Shown one piece after another: positions 10,108 through 20,335 of a DNA stretch of 64,000 nucleotides. This DNA is from a virus. Made by a program: the position numbers and the translations under genes. Location of the stretch: the IMG/VR virus record IMGVR_UViG_3300033145_001546, positions 1 through 64,000 of that record; one strand, given 5' to 3'. The notes beneath the pieces are model-generated. The model was not told the DNA's origin, ran no database searches, and saw only the letters and a list, made by a program, of their open reading frames with translations. The first letter of the stretch is position 1; every line of letters starts with the position of its first letter.

Positions 10108-10605
10108 CTATTCGTCCTCGTCATCCTCATCATCCTCGTCATCCTCATCGTTGGACTCCACAAAGCCTTCTAAAAAGCCATCGACTTGGCTTGACCGTAG
10201 TTTCTTTTCAGACACCACTTCAGGCTTTCCGGATTCCGTATTTCTATCGACGACTTGGAACCAGCTGTCCTTCTCATAAACATTGAGTTCAGCAGCCGTA
10301 GCCATGGGATAAGAAAGGGTGACATTCTTACCAAACTTATTGGAGTTCTTATACTTAGGTGGAGAGGGGTTTTTATCCTCTCCACCCTTGTCCTTGCCTA
10401 CATTCCGGGGCGACCGGATATTTGGCTTTGCTTCTGCAAACTCGGAGTCATCTTCTGGATGAACTCTTTCAAACTTATTTCTGAAAAGCTTTTCCAGATT
10501 CCGAGTTGACTTAACCACGTTACCAGCAACGTAAGTAACACCTTCCTCTACATGGTCGCCACATTTCTTCTTCAGTCTGAACGCAACTTTCTTCTTCTCA
10601 CGCAT
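10108..10605 (-). CDS. Hypothetical protein with an acidic C-terminus
   Basis: 165-aa ORF with a good SD (GAAAGGAAGG), downstream of the capsid gene. Confidence 0.6.
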   Translation of the reverse strand: MREKKKVAFRLKKKCGDHVEEGVTYVAGNVVKSTRNLEKLFRNKFERVHPEDDSEFAEAKPNIRSPRNVGKDKGGEDKNPSPPKYKNSNKFGKNVTLSYPMATAAELNVYEKDSWFQVVDRNTESGKPEVVSEKKLRSSQVDGFLEGFVESNDEDDEDDEDDEDE

Positions 10606-10673
10606 TGGTCCTTCCTTTCCAAAATACCATTAACAAAGTATCTTTACTATCGCTTTTGCCATAACCAATAGAA

Positions 10674-11741
10674 TTATACACTGCCGTGAACAATGCCGGT
10701 TCGGCTGTTTTGATCCGCACGCAATTGCGGGACCAGAATGGCCATCACCTTAAAGTTCAACTGCATCCCACCCTTGGTTTCCCACTGGACGGTCGTAATG
10801 TCCATACCAATAACTTCCCGAACCACATCAGAGGTCATCTGAACCATAATCATGTCGTAGTTGGTCAGGTAGTCCAAAGTCCTGATACCGGAGATGCCAT
10901 CAACCTCACCCAATCTCTGACGAATGCTCTTATCAGAGGCCGCTTTGAAGTCATCGTCCAAGAACTGATCCCATGTCGGGGAAACATACAGGACATAAGG
11001 GCCATAATGATAAGCACCCTGCAACTGAGTCCGCATGGCCAAAACATCGGTCAAAGCATTGGCACCATCAGTACTCGCACCTGTCGGGGTGGTAAGCGTT
11101 CTGGTCATCCGACTTGGAAAGTCAGTGTACCCGTAAATAGTCCCACCACCATAAGCATACTGATCCGCTGTGGCATGAATACCAAGCAAAAGCTGCTCGG
11201 CACTTTCCGCAACCTTACGGCCACACATCTCAGCCATGGTTGTATCCAACGGCGACCCACCATTTCGACTTGCCATTACCTGCCGCAGAGGAAAACTGAA
11301 ATCCTTGTGAATGATCGGCAACGGCAAACTGCCAAGCTCAAACACCGGACGGTCATTCGGAGATTCCCGCATCCCATCCATACTGACGATTGCCGGGTCA
11401 ACATCACTCCGGGTTTCTGTTTCCAAAACTGTCTTTCCCATACCGTTAGCAATGGTAAAGGTAAGCCCTGCCGCTCGAAGGTCAGCAACCGCCTTGAGTC
11501 TGGGCTGTGCCGCTTTGACAATGGCATCATCCAGAATCTTCCAGTCATCTTTTCGGAGGGTAGTAGTAACATTGGACACCTGACGGGCCTCCAAAACGCC
11601 ACTTTTATTGAAAACGGAAATATAAGACTTTCCATTCTCACCCATCCACGGTCTCAGACAAGCAGGGTTGCAGTTGTTGTCCATCAACCTACTGGCAACA
11701 TCTCCACTCGGCTGTCCATTGAGGATATAATCTAAATCCAT
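10674..11741 (-). CDS. Major capsid protein (HK97 fold, encapsulin/linocin-like group)
   Basis: 355 aa; motifs LPLPIIHKDF, YGYTDFPSR, YGPYVLYV and KVMAILVPQLR; follows the protease and decoration genes. Confidence 0.88.
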   Translation of the reverse strand: MDLDYILNGQPSGDVASRLMDNNCNPACLRPWMGENGKSYISVFNKSGVLEARQVSNVTTTLRKDDWKILDDAIVKAAQPRLKAVADLRAAGLTFTIANGMGKTVLETETRSDVDPAIVSMDGMRESPNDRPVFELGSLPLPIIHKDFSFPLRQVMASRNGGSPLDTTMAEMCGRKVAESAEQLLLGIHATADQYAYGGGTIYGYTDFPSRMTRTLTTPTGASTDGANALTDVLAMRTQLQGAYHYGPYVLYVSPTWDQFLDDDFKAASDKSIRQRLGEVDGISGIRTLDYLTNYDMIMVQMTSDVVREVIGMDITTVQWETKGGMQLNFKVMAILVPQLRADQNSRTGIVHGSV

Positions 11742-11742
11742 C

Positions 11743-12296
11743 TTACAGTCCTTTCTTTTAGACTACGTTTCAGTTCAAATGCTTCTTTTATTTCGATCAA
11801 AGGCATTTACTCTGCCTACACAACACGAACACGACCCAGCGTGCCGATTGCTGGGGTACTACTGGCTTGGGCATCAATGTTCTCTGCCGCGTAAGCAATG
11901 ATCTCATCTGCATCCGCACCACTCGCGTCGGCTACAGCGATGAGTGTGCCATCCCCGCCACTCATCAGCGGGTCCCCTTCTGAAATATCCTGCGCATCTT
12001 GGATTCGGGCGTAAACTTCACAGCCCTGACCAGGAATAATACAACCCACGATGCTGGCAGCTGCGTAAAGATACGCCACATTTCTGCCTTGAAGGGCATC
12101 CTCCATAGCAAACATCGCTTCGCCCTTCCCACCTGATATACCATGAGGGATAACCTTCCCGCTACTGTTTACCTGAATCAAATGCCCAGGATAAATCTCC
12201 GCAGCGTTGGCTTTGTATTCCTCATAGGTATAAGGTCCCTTTGAATGAATACGTCTACTTGTATTCGCCATTTTACAGTCCTTTCTTTTAGACTAC
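11743..12296 (-). repeat. Identical 24-bp leader GTAGTCTAAAAGAAAGGACTGTAA before the capsid (11743-11766) and decoration (12273-12296) genes
   Basis: Direct sequence identity; contains the SD AGAAAGGA. Confidence 0.85.
11816..12271 (-). CDS. Capsid decoration/cement protein
   Basis: 151 aa, Ala/Gly-rich; motifs IYPGHLI and ISEGDPLMSGGDGTL; lies between scaffold and capsid. Confidence 0.7.
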   Translation of the reverse strand: MANTSRRIHSKGPYTYEEYKANAAEIYPGHLIQVNSSGKVIPHGISGGKGEAMFAMEDALQGRNVAYLYAAASIVGCIIPGQGCEVYARIQDAQDISEGDPLMSGGDGTLIAVADASGADADEIIAYAAENIDAQASSTPAIGTLGRVRVV

Positions 12297-12363
12297 ATTT
12301 CCAAAAATTTTGTTTCCACTTTTCTTTTCAAACACTCTCCAACCGTCCGTATTGCCCTTAGCC

Positions 12364-13920
12364 TTAGTCGGTACCAACGGCAACGGGCTTATTGAAATTC
12401 ATCGTGGGCAAACCCAGAGGCTCTTCCGTGTTTTCCCTCAGCGGAATAGTATCACCTTGACCACCGTAGTTGTTAGCATGGGTTGGCTCAGGGTCACCAG
12501 CATTTCTTGCCAACTGGGCAATCTTCTGCAGTTCTTCCAGGGTTTTGCCTTCCAATATCTCATCGGTGAATGAATTGGCATCATTCGCCGTGATGATGTT
12601 GATAAGGCGTTTCTTATCAGCCTTGTGGGAGGCCATGCCGTTGCGAAGCATGTCCTGAATTGCCTTCGGTGCCTGGTCAATGTACTCATCCACCGTTACT
12701 TCTTTGTTTGCAGTGGTCTCTGGGGCTGCCTCTCCTGCACCGCCAGCCGCCTGACTTTCGGCTGATGCCTCTGCCTTTTTTGCCTTTTCGGCTGCAGCAG
12801 CTGATGCTGACTGCGAATCCGAGTTTGCATCATCATCATCGTCGTTCTCAACAGGGACCATATTCGCCAGAATATCCTTATCCTGGGTCAACAGCCACTC
12901 CCGATTGTCCTCACTCCAAAGGGTCTTCTCATTAGAGATAAGGGCATCAATGGTTTTCTTCTTGTTCATCTTCACGTCCTTTCTATTTAAGATGGGTTCA
13001 AAATTCACAATTTTTTTCACTGCCTCAGGAATGCCTTTGAACGAAACCTCCCCATCGTCCTCTTCAAATTCCTGCTTAAACAATTTGCCATCATTCTCGT
13101 AAATGAAGAAATCGTCATCCGAGAAAATGTCATCTATCCACAGACCAAAATCTTCATCTGGGAATTTATCGTTCAATAAGGATTGCAATAGTTGCCGCCT
13201 ATCACTATCACTCATTTCGTTTTTGAGAAATTCACGTATGTGCTTATTTATAACCCGATGTACCAAATCCTTATTTTCCTTCAACCACATGCGGTCTTTG
13301 AGGGTTGAATCCTTTAATACGAAAGTTAATTTATCCCCCGCCTTATTCAACCGCAAAAACCCCGCACCGTCCTCTATAGAACACGCCCCAATCTCGTCCG
13401 GAAGGATTGCCAAATGATCAGGCCGATAATTCCGGGCTACGGCATCATAATGCTTTCCATTGAACTCCCCACTGGTGTCTTCGTCGTCCGTAAACAATCC
13501 CGTGGACAATTCCATTACATCCCCATTTTCCACCGCTGTTAAAACATCTTCATCAATCTCCTTTACCCTCTCCATATCTAACCACACTTCTGTTTTAAGC
13601 GATGATAATTTATCATCATCAACTACCACATCCTCTATTCGAGTGTTCATCAATACCCCCAACCCTCTATTAGTAATAATATCCGGGTCACAAGCACTTA
13701 CCCCTTGCCCATCCTTTTGGGGATGGTAAAGCACTGCGGGTTTGGAATTCCAAAGCGGAACAGATTTTTTCAGCTCATCTGCAGGATATAACAAAGGTCC
13801 ATGGTTCCCATTCAATACCCCCTCTACTATCATAATCGCCGGGGCGACCAGATAATCTTTACCCGCCATTGTGTCATGGCGAGTAACCCCTGAGAGGTTG
13901 ACCTTCACATTTTGTAGCAT
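12364..13920 (-). CDS. Prohead protease/scaffold (DUF2213-like)
   Basis: Motifs VLYHP, ELSTG and PDHLAILPDEIGACS, followed by an acidic/Ala-rich scaffold region. Confidence 0.8.
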   Translation of the reverse strand: MLQNVKVNLSGVTRHDTMAGKDYLVAPAIMIVEGVLNGNHGPLLYPADELKKSVPLWNSKPAVLYHPQKDGQGVSACDPDIITNRGLGVLMNTRIEDVVVDDDKLSSLKTEVWLDMERVKEIDEDVLTAVENGDVMELSTGLFTDDEDTSGEFNGKHYDAVARNYRPDHLAILPDEIGACSIEDGAGFLRLNKAGDKLTFVLKDSTLKDRMWLKENKDLVHRVINKHIREFLKNEMSDSDRRQLLQSLLNDKFPDEDFGLWIDDIFSDDDFFIYENDGKLFKQEFEEDDGEVSFKGIPEAVKKIVNFEPILNRKDVKMNKKKTIDALISNEKTLWSEDNREWLLTQDKDILANMVPVENDDDDDANSDSQSASAAAAEKAKKAEASAESQAAGGAGEAAPETTANKEVTVDEYIDQAPKAIQDMLRNGMASHKADKKRLINIITANDANSFTDEILEGKTLEELQKIAQLARNAGDPEPTHANNYGGQGDTIPLRENTEEPLGLPTMNFNKPVAVGTD

Positions 13921-14171
13921 GATATCACCTCATTTCAAATTCCCCGAAACGATAATCAAACCTATACTCTACACCCTAAAATATACGTTTGAATCCAGAG
14001 AAGTAAAGAACTTTTTTTGAGGTGGGGAAAAAGATGTTGGGAAATACAAGAAAATATATATAAAATGTAGATATATACAACCGAATGTTAAATGTGGTAC
14101 TACAAGGACTTAACACTCAGCTGGTATATCTACATTTGGAGAACGAAAAAAATTTAAGAAAAATCGAAAAT

Positions 14172-14762
14172 TTAAGCAGTTACTACAATCTCCCGGACAG
14201 GTTCCCAAATAGACTCATATTTACCAGGACCTATGAAATCACCGGGAATATACTCATTGCTCGGATGATCATCATCTATCAAGGACATTCTGATACAAGG
14301 CTCTGCAAAGTTTTCAGAACAAAACAGACTGGTTAAGTCCTGAGTGTTTTCTCCAAATGGCCCATCATACACAGCCTTGACCAATTCTATAAAATCATTT
14401 TCATAAGGCCTGTCCTTCACCTCATGTCGATAGGCTCTTAGAATAGCCAACTGTTCTAACGTCAAAGGTTTTCTAATAGTCCTGATACCAACCTTGCCTT
14501 GATAAGTTGCAATACGGGCCTGCAATGGTACCAACATCACGCCCTTCTTGACAAATCCAGAACTGATGTCAGCTACCTTACAAAGTAAAGTCGTCTCATG
14601 GCATAGGACCATATCCCACTCCGGACAAACAATCGTCATGCCTATGTGAGACCACTCACTTCCTGAGGCAACCTTAATACCTACAGATGCCAAACCAGTT
14701 CCAGAAAAAGCCACCATGTCCCCCGTCTGTGCTTTTAGTCTGTACTTATCGTATGTCAACAT
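14172..14762 (-). CDS. Permuted papain-like NlpC/P60 enzyme (YiiX/YaeF-like)
   Basis: GDMVAFSG...WSHIGM...PYE...LFCSE, with His before Cys. Confidence 0.75.
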   Translation of the reverse strand: MLTYDKYRLKAQTGDMVAFSGTGLASVGIKVASGSEWSHIGMTIVCPEWDMVLCHETTLLCKVADISSGFVKKGVMLVPLQARIATYQGKVGIRTIRKPLTLEQLAILRAYRHEVKDRPYENDFIELVKAVYDGPFGENTQDLTSLFCSENFAEPCIRMSLIDDDHPSNEYIPGDFIGPGKYESIWEPVREIVVTA

Positions 14763-14777
14763 CTTCTACTCCTTTCC

Positions 14778-15152
14778 TTACGGTATCGGTACTCCTATCG
14801 TTGCTGCCCCTGCCTTCAAACCCATATCAAATAATGCTGCCGCCTTATCCCACTCAGTCGCAGATTTGCTTTGGTCAAAATAGATTTGGTATCCCTCTTG
14901 GTCTTTGGTTATCTGCACCCCAGATAATTCACTATCCCCTGTGCGCACCCAAACTCCCTTACCACTATTTGGATCCACACTACCACGGGCTGTCCCTTGG
15001 AGGATTGACATCACAACATAATCCCCTGTCTTGTCATTACCCATGGCAGTGGTGCATCCAGCTAATCCCACCAAAGTGGCGATAAGGGAGAATACAGCTA
15101 ATGCCAACAATAATAACAATCCTACTATTTTTAATCCTTCCTTGATCCTCAT
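14778..15152 (-). CDS. Lipoprotein
   Basis: Hydrophobic signal ending in the lipobox LAGC; start placed at MRIKEG. Confidence 0.6.
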   Translation of the reverse strand: MRIKEGLKIVGLLLLLALAVFSLIATLVGLAGCTTAMGNDKTGDYVVMSILQGTARGSVDPNSGKGVWVRTGDSELSGVQITKDQEGYQIYFDQSKSATEWDKAAALFDMGLKAGAATIGVPIP

Positions 15153-15340
15153 TTCTATATCTCCCAAACAACTAAAGGAACAACACCATCCATTTCTGGT
15201 ATTTGGTCTTTCGGCCACGGTGGGGTCTGGGCATTAGTACAGCCACAAATGAATATGACAACACCTATAAGTAAGAAAGATTAAGATGCATACGATTCTA
15301 TAGATAAACCCTTTGTCCATTTTAATCCCTTTCCAAAATA

Positions 15341-15385
15341 AAAACGTGCCCCGCCTTGCCGTGGCAGGAAGGACAGGGCACGATT
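15341..15385. terminator. Probable terminator hairpin
   Basis: CGTGCCC...GGGCACG stem followed by a T-tract on the minus strand. Confidence 0.45.
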
Positions 15386-15860
15386 AAAGCGAATACCACC
15401 ATTTGCCTTGCGTGGCTTTCTTTTTTCCAATCATCTCAGTATTCTATTTTATTTAGCATCCCACCCACCCATCCTCTATCTAAACAAATCCAGAAAGCCT
15501 TCTCAATGGTTTCGGTTTTCTATTTATATAGCAGGGCCGGATTCTCTTGCGCCGACCCAATCTCAAATAACAGATCAATAATAATATACAATTAAAGACA
15601 TCATCCCATATCACATTGTACATAGGCACTAAGATAAATGAGTGCCTGATTCTATCCGAGATGAAAGAATCAAAAATCATACCACTTCCAAAATAAAAAG
15701 GGAAAGGGTTTTGTTATCTAATGAGCTATACTTCGCTTTTTACGGCCCCTTCCCATTATTCACTTTTCAAAAGAACAGGGCAGGGCCCAAGGGGATGCGA
15801 AACCCTATTAACAACAACCCCCGCCCTATTCCGGAGGGGAGAAAAACTTTGCTCCTACTA

Positions 15861-15874
15861 TATTATCGGAAAAA
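15861..15874 (-). promoter_or_regulatory. Phage motif TTTTTCCGATAATA, copy 1
   Basis: Exact 14-mer also at 32977, 35704 and 51134; all copies are intergenic. Confidence 0.65.
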
Positions 15875-15897
15875 ACACCCATATAGACACAATTATT

Positions 15898-16890
15898 TTA
15901 TAATTCTTTTCCCGCCCACACGGACCGCCTTCTAACCGCCTTTTTTGTTCTCGCTATGGTCTTAGGGGCTTCTGCTTGTATAGACTTCTCAACAGCTTGT
16001 TTTTTAGCTTTACCCCACAATTGCCCCCTCCTCTTTTCAAACTTGCTGGCGGGAATCCATATACACCGACAATTAGGGTGCCGAGGAATTAAACCTCTGG
16101 CTTCTTTTACAGTCATCACAACCCCCTCTAATTCTCCACATAACGGACACACCCTATCATCCCCAGCCGTACTCCATTCAGCCAATACCCCAATTTCCTC
16201 TACCCCCAATCTCTCAAACGAATCCAATTGTCCTTCTGCGTGTGATGCTATGATCTCTGTCCGAGCAATTGCCATAGCCCGCCCTCTGGTCAGGCCTCCA
16301 ATAGATTCAGTCATATTTCGAGCTATCTGAGAAACGCTATAACCATGGACCAATCCATTAGCCAAATGCCTACTCAGCTGCTGACTCATAGTTGCTGTAA
16401 CCCCTTGCAATTCCGTAAAAGTCCTGGTACTCAATAATTCTATTTGAGATAAAGTTATGGGTTGGTTGAAAGCATCACGGAGAAACTGGGCCTTGCCTCC
16501 CGCATAGAATTCCGGAGTAGATGCCAACTCCTCTGCAAATATATCCGTATAGGCCTGGATATATCCTTTTTGATAAGCACTCTCTACATACTCTGCAGTC
16601 CAAGGTTTATCACTGATACCACCTATGGGAGTAAGAATGTTAGCGTCGATTTGCCCTTGCAACCATTTTTTATATGCCTTCAATTTTTGAGGGTTGGTCA
16701 GGAATCGCCAAGCTTGTCTTTCCACATTAAAAGAAATAGGTTCAGAAGTGGTCAAGCCCAACACATCATTCTCTACAAGTAATTTGGTATTGGCCTTCTC
16801 TACACTTCTGAACCTACGCTTCATATCAGCCATGAACCGCTTTCGCAATGTCGTGGTTCGGCTGGGGTCAATTCTCATTTGGTTCGGCAT
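15898..16890 (-). CDS. Head morphogenesis protein (SPP1 gp7/MuF-like)
   Basis: Motifs RAMAIARTE, WSTAGDDRVCPLC and PRHPNCRC. Confidence 0.9.
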   Translation of the reverse strand: MPNQMRIDPSRTTTLRKRFMADMKRRFRSVEKANTKLLVENDVLGLTTSEPISFNVERQAWRFLTNPQKLKAYKKWLQGQIDANILTPIGGISDKPWTAEYVESAYQKGYIQAYTDIFAEELASTPEFYAGGKAQFLRDAFNQPITLSQIELLSTRTFTELQGVTATMSQQLSRHLANGLVHGYSVSQIARNMTESIGGLTRGRAMAIARTEIIASHAEGQLDSFERLGVEEIGVLAEWSTAGDDRVCPLCGELEGVVMTVKEARGLIPRHPNCRCIWIPASKFEKRRGQLWGKAKKQAVEKSIQAEAPKTIARTKKAVRRRSVWAGKEL

Positions 16891-17129
16891 TACTCCACCT
16901 CTTTAACTTTACCATCAACCCATAAATTCACAGGTTGGAATCCATTGTTAAAGGTACTCTGGCACATGCATACCATAGCACCATCCGCAATCTGTTCCCG
17001 TTCCACATCTGTCAATTTCCAAACACTTGTCACTTTCCCATCCTTTTCATGGTGAGCAGGCAAATCTTGCACTTGCGGTTGTCCTTTACCTAATACCACA
17101 TTTACTGCCTTAAATTGTATTGGTCCCAT
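16890..17129 (-). CDS. Hypothetical protein
   Basis: 79-aa ORF coupled to the MuF-like gene. Confidence 0.55.
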   Translation of the reverse strand: MGPIQFKAVNVVLGKGQPQVQDLPAHHEKDGKVTSVWKLTDVEREQIADGAMVCMCQSTFNNGFQPVNLWVDGKVKEVE

Positions 17130-17149
17130 TACTATACCCTTTCCAAATG

Positions 17150-18562
17150 CTATTTCGTGGTCTTTTCCGTAACCTCAGTCTCTTTCACTCTCTTTATGGA
17201 GGCCTCTGCTATGATAAGGGCTTGCTTTTCATTAAATCCCCAAACCTCCATCATATACTCCTTGGGTGGGATAAGAAGGTCCACTTCTCCCACCACGTAC
17301 TTAACAAAAGCTTCTGTCTTGGATAAGGCCACTTTCGCTTTATCCAAATCGCTGGGGGCCTCTAAGTCTGGCCAAGTAGCGTCATACCTTTCAGGTGGGG
17401 GCAAAATCCCAAAAATAATCATCCGGTCTATAAACACCCGGATAATCATAGGCATCACATACTCCACCCTGCGCTTAGCCACCCGCTTGTACCATGCTTT
17501 AGCATCTTGTCCCGAAGCCAACTTGCCCTCCTCTGAACCCATAAACACCCGCATAGGCACTCCCAAGGCCAAAGCAATTTGACCCACCTGAACATCCACG
17601 TGTCCTTTGGGGTCTGCTATTTGTGGGGCCATGGATTTGGCCTTAACACCAGCCAAAGCTATATACCGTTGCATACCATCCGCATAGTCTTTAATCTCCT
17701 CTTGGAAAGATTCTTTGGCAGCTGTATCCCATTGTGATGCCACTTCCGGGTCTATTTCATAATTCATTCCCGGATAACCTCCCCTCCAAAACATCTCCCC
17801 GGACCCAGACGTAATTTTCCGCACGTCCAATAATCGGTTGTAAACATTTTTCATTCTGGGCGTGCCTAAAGTATCACTACTCAACCGCCCATCAGCTAAG
17901 TGCAAAACCCTGGTCCAATGTACCTTTACATCACGGGAGGCGTTGGTTTTAGAAGGGTTCTCAAACTTTATATTATACAATACAGGCAGGCCATATCGGG
18001 GGGATGCTAAATCATCTTCCTTCTTATCTATCGTGATGGCACTTTGGTCGAAAGGCTTCAAATACAACAATTTATATTTGGGCTTTCCTACCTGCTTCCC
18101 CTTATTATTCAAACCCACAACTGGTTTGCTCAAAGCTTTCCCATCATCTATGCCTAACAACAATAGCCCAAACTCCCCAATGCCACTGAGAATGTCAGCC
18201 CGTTGGAGATAATGATACACATTCCTCTCCCTTTGCAAATCCCTCCAGGCCTTCTCAAAGGCCGTCTCTTCCGTTTTCTCGTCCTCAAAAATAGTTGGGG
18301 GCAAACTCCAACATTCCTCCGGGTAGATACTCACCACTCTGGCCGCCACACCCTCACGGGTGAACATTCTTTTGTAATCCGAAATGGTAATATCAGTTGG
18401 ATAACGACATTCATAATCTATATCCAACCCCGGATTCAAAAGGGTTGCTATGGTTCGACGACGCAATGTAGTGGCATTTTGTACTACCATAGAAGTAATA
18501 GCCATCTTTTCATTTCGAGACAGTCCTTCCTTCTTTTTGCCCGATTTTCTTGTTTTTGCCAT
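17150..18562 (-). CDS. Portal protein (DUF1073-like)
   Basis: Motifs AARVVSIYPEECW, SPRYGLP, VHWTRVLH and GVPMRVFMG; follows the terminase. Confidence 0.85.
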   Translation of the reverse strand: MAKTRKSGKKKEGLSRNEKMAITSMVVQNATTLRRRTIATLLNPGLDIDYECRYPTDITISDYKRMFTREGVAARVVSIYPEECWSLPPTIFEDEKTEETAFEKAWRDLQRERNVYHYLQRADILSGIGEFGLLLLGIDDGKALSKPVVGLNNKGKQVGKPKYKLLYLKPFDQSAITIDKKEDDLASPRYGLPVLYNIKFENPSKTNASRDVKVHWTRVLHLADGRLSSDTLGTPRMKNVYNRLLDVRKITSGSGEMFWRGGYPGMNYEIDPEVASQWDTAAKESFQEEIKDYADGMQRYIALAGVKAKSMAPQIADPKGHVDVQVGQIALALGVPMRVFMGSEEGKLASGQDAKAWYKRVAKRRVEYVMPMIIRVFIDRMIIFGILPPPERYDATWPDLEAPSDLDKAKVALSKTEAFVKYVVGEVDLLIPPKEYMMEVWGFNEKQALIIAEASIKRVKETEVTEKTTK

Positions 18563-18566
18563 TAGT

Positions 18567-18860
18567 CTAATCCTTTACTTTATCACTTTTGTTATATTCA
18601 TCTTCGCTCATGCGTACCACTTTGCGAACAACCATTTTCCCATTGCCTTGAGACCAATTGCGAACCAAGGCCCTTTGCTTCATGGGTGACAAACTTGCGA
18701 ACCTGGCTTTCATAACGCTACGAACACGAGTCAGGGCCTGCAATGAATTGGGCCTATCCAATCGGGCCATATACTTACTGCCATCCCAATACGTCAACTT
18801 CACCACTTTGATCATTTCTGGCTCAAAGGACGATATTACTGTTTCAACTTTTTCTTTCAT
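18567..18860 (-). CDS. Hypothetical protein
   Basis: 97 aa, coupled between terminase and portal. Confidence 0.55.
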   Translation of the reverse strand: MKEKVETVISSFEPEMIKVVKLTYWDGSKYMARLDRPNSLQALTRVRSVMKARFASLSPMKQRALVRNWSQGNGKMVVRKVVRMSEDEYNKSDKVKD

Positions 18861-20335
18861 CGTCTAAACACTGCTCCTAATATTAAATTGCCCGAAGTTA
18901 ATTGATTGAACGCACCACTTGATGCATCCACCTGGTCTTTATATCGGCTATTGGGAAAGAACTTCAACTCCTCCAAATAGGCCGTATTCCAATCGCCCTC
19001 TACCATAACCACATTCCCATTATTTACTTGCACTGAGAACGGGTCTGCCCTCAACTCTTTAGAGGCCTCACTGCCACTGGGCTTGTCTATTCTCACCCGG
19101 AAACCCGCCAACATTCTCACAGTCCTCTCCGCACTCTCTTTACCACCGCTGCCCGGTTCCTGCTCTACTCCTATATCTACGGCTGTAGTATCTATGCGGG
19201 CCGTGCGCAAAATGAGTTTCTCACGGGCAGCACTATCCAGTCTTAATCTCTCTAATCCATAAATCCAAAATCTCCCAGCCCTATCCTCCCCCATCTTCAA
19301 TCCCACAGTAAAAGCCCCCCGGCCTCCCAATGTAGCCGCCTTGTCCCAAAATCTAACTATCCGCTTCATTTTCTCCGGGGCAGACACAGCCAATTGTATT
19401 TTATCAGTTTGGAACATGCCCCCACCCGCAGGTATCGGAGTTTGCAAAAACTGGGAAGCGTAGTGGTAACCACCCTTGGCCTGCTGTTCCGTCAAAAACT
19501 TTCGGGTAATACGAACTGGATCCATCAAGCCATCTTTATACTTTTTCCTCAATTTCTTGGGCCTAATATCTTCCGTCACCTCTGCAGGCAGGCGAATGTG
19601 CTTAATACCCAGCTTGGTATTCTTGCTGCCCATCTCCCGTTCCATTCTCCGGACCTCTTGGGCCTCCTCTATCATATTGGTAGTACAATCATTTTGATGA
19701 AGCCGCTGCATTATGAGAATAGTAGGGGTAATGCTTTTATCTTTTTTCCGAGTGCTTAAAGTTGCACCCATCCACTCATTGGCAGTTTTCAATGTGACAT
19801 CACTGGCTGCCAGCTTGGGGTCCAATGGATCATCAATAACTATGAAATCAGCATGCTTGCCTGTAATAGAACCACCCACCCCCACTGCAATCCGTGTTCC
19901 ACGTTTCGTATTGTAAAACTGGCTTTTGGCCTTGGCGTCCGGTCTGATGACAACTTCTGGAAATATCCGCATATACTTATCACTCATTATGATATCACGG
20001 CTTTTGAGTGCTAAATCCATTGCTAATTCTGCACTATAGCTGCCTCCAATGAATCCTGCTGTAGGCATCCGGGTCCATATCCAAGGCGGCAAAAATACTG
20101 ACCCCACTGTAGACTTGGTAGAACCAGGAGATACATTTATAATAAGGTCATGAAGTTTATGCTTGCCAGCAAACACTCTTTCACAAACCTTTTGTATTGC
20201 ATCGCACATATACTCTACGTGCCAGTTCCATACAGGAGTTTTGGTTTCTATGGTATCCCAAAACTCTTTCACGAATTCATAGTAGCTTTCCCGGCATATA
20301 GATGCAACCAAGTTGTCTTCACTAACTTTTACCAT
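18857..20335 (-). CDS. terL: Terminase large subunit
   Basis: Walker A SPGSTKS, Walker B IVIDDP, MQRLH, nuclease motifs FWDKAA and KDQVDA. Confidence 0.95.
   Translation of the reverse strand: MVKVSEDNLVASICRESYYEFVKEFWDTIETKTPVWNWHVEYMCDAIQKVCERVFAGKHKLHDLIINVSPGSTKSTVGSVFLPPWIWTRMPTAGFIGGSYSAELAMDLALKSRDIIMSDKYMRIFPEVVIRPDAKAKSQFYNTKRGTRIAVGVGGSITGKHADFIVIDDPLDPKLAASDVTLKTANEWMGATLSTRKKDKSITPTILIMQRLHQNDCTTNMIEEAQEVRRMEREMGSKNTKLGIKHIRLPAEVTEDIRPKKLRKKYKDGLMDPVRITRKFLTEQQAKGGYHYASQFLQTPIPAGGGMFQTDKIQLAVSAPEKMKRIVRFWDKAATLGGRGAFTVGLKMGEDRAGRFWIYGLERLRLDSAAREKLILRTARIDTTAVDIGVEQEPGSGGKESAERTVRMLAGFRVRIDKPSGSEASKELRADPFSVQVNNGNVVMVEGDWNTAYLEELKFFPNSRYKDQVDASSGAFNQLTSGNLILGAVFRR

Noticed and set aside
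10686-11735. 349-aa plus-strand ORF
   Set aside because: Antisense shadow of the capsid gene with no recognisable motifs.
17150-18562. Anti-CBASS Acb1 label often attached to this family
   Set aside because: Size, motifs and position after terL indicate a portal protein.
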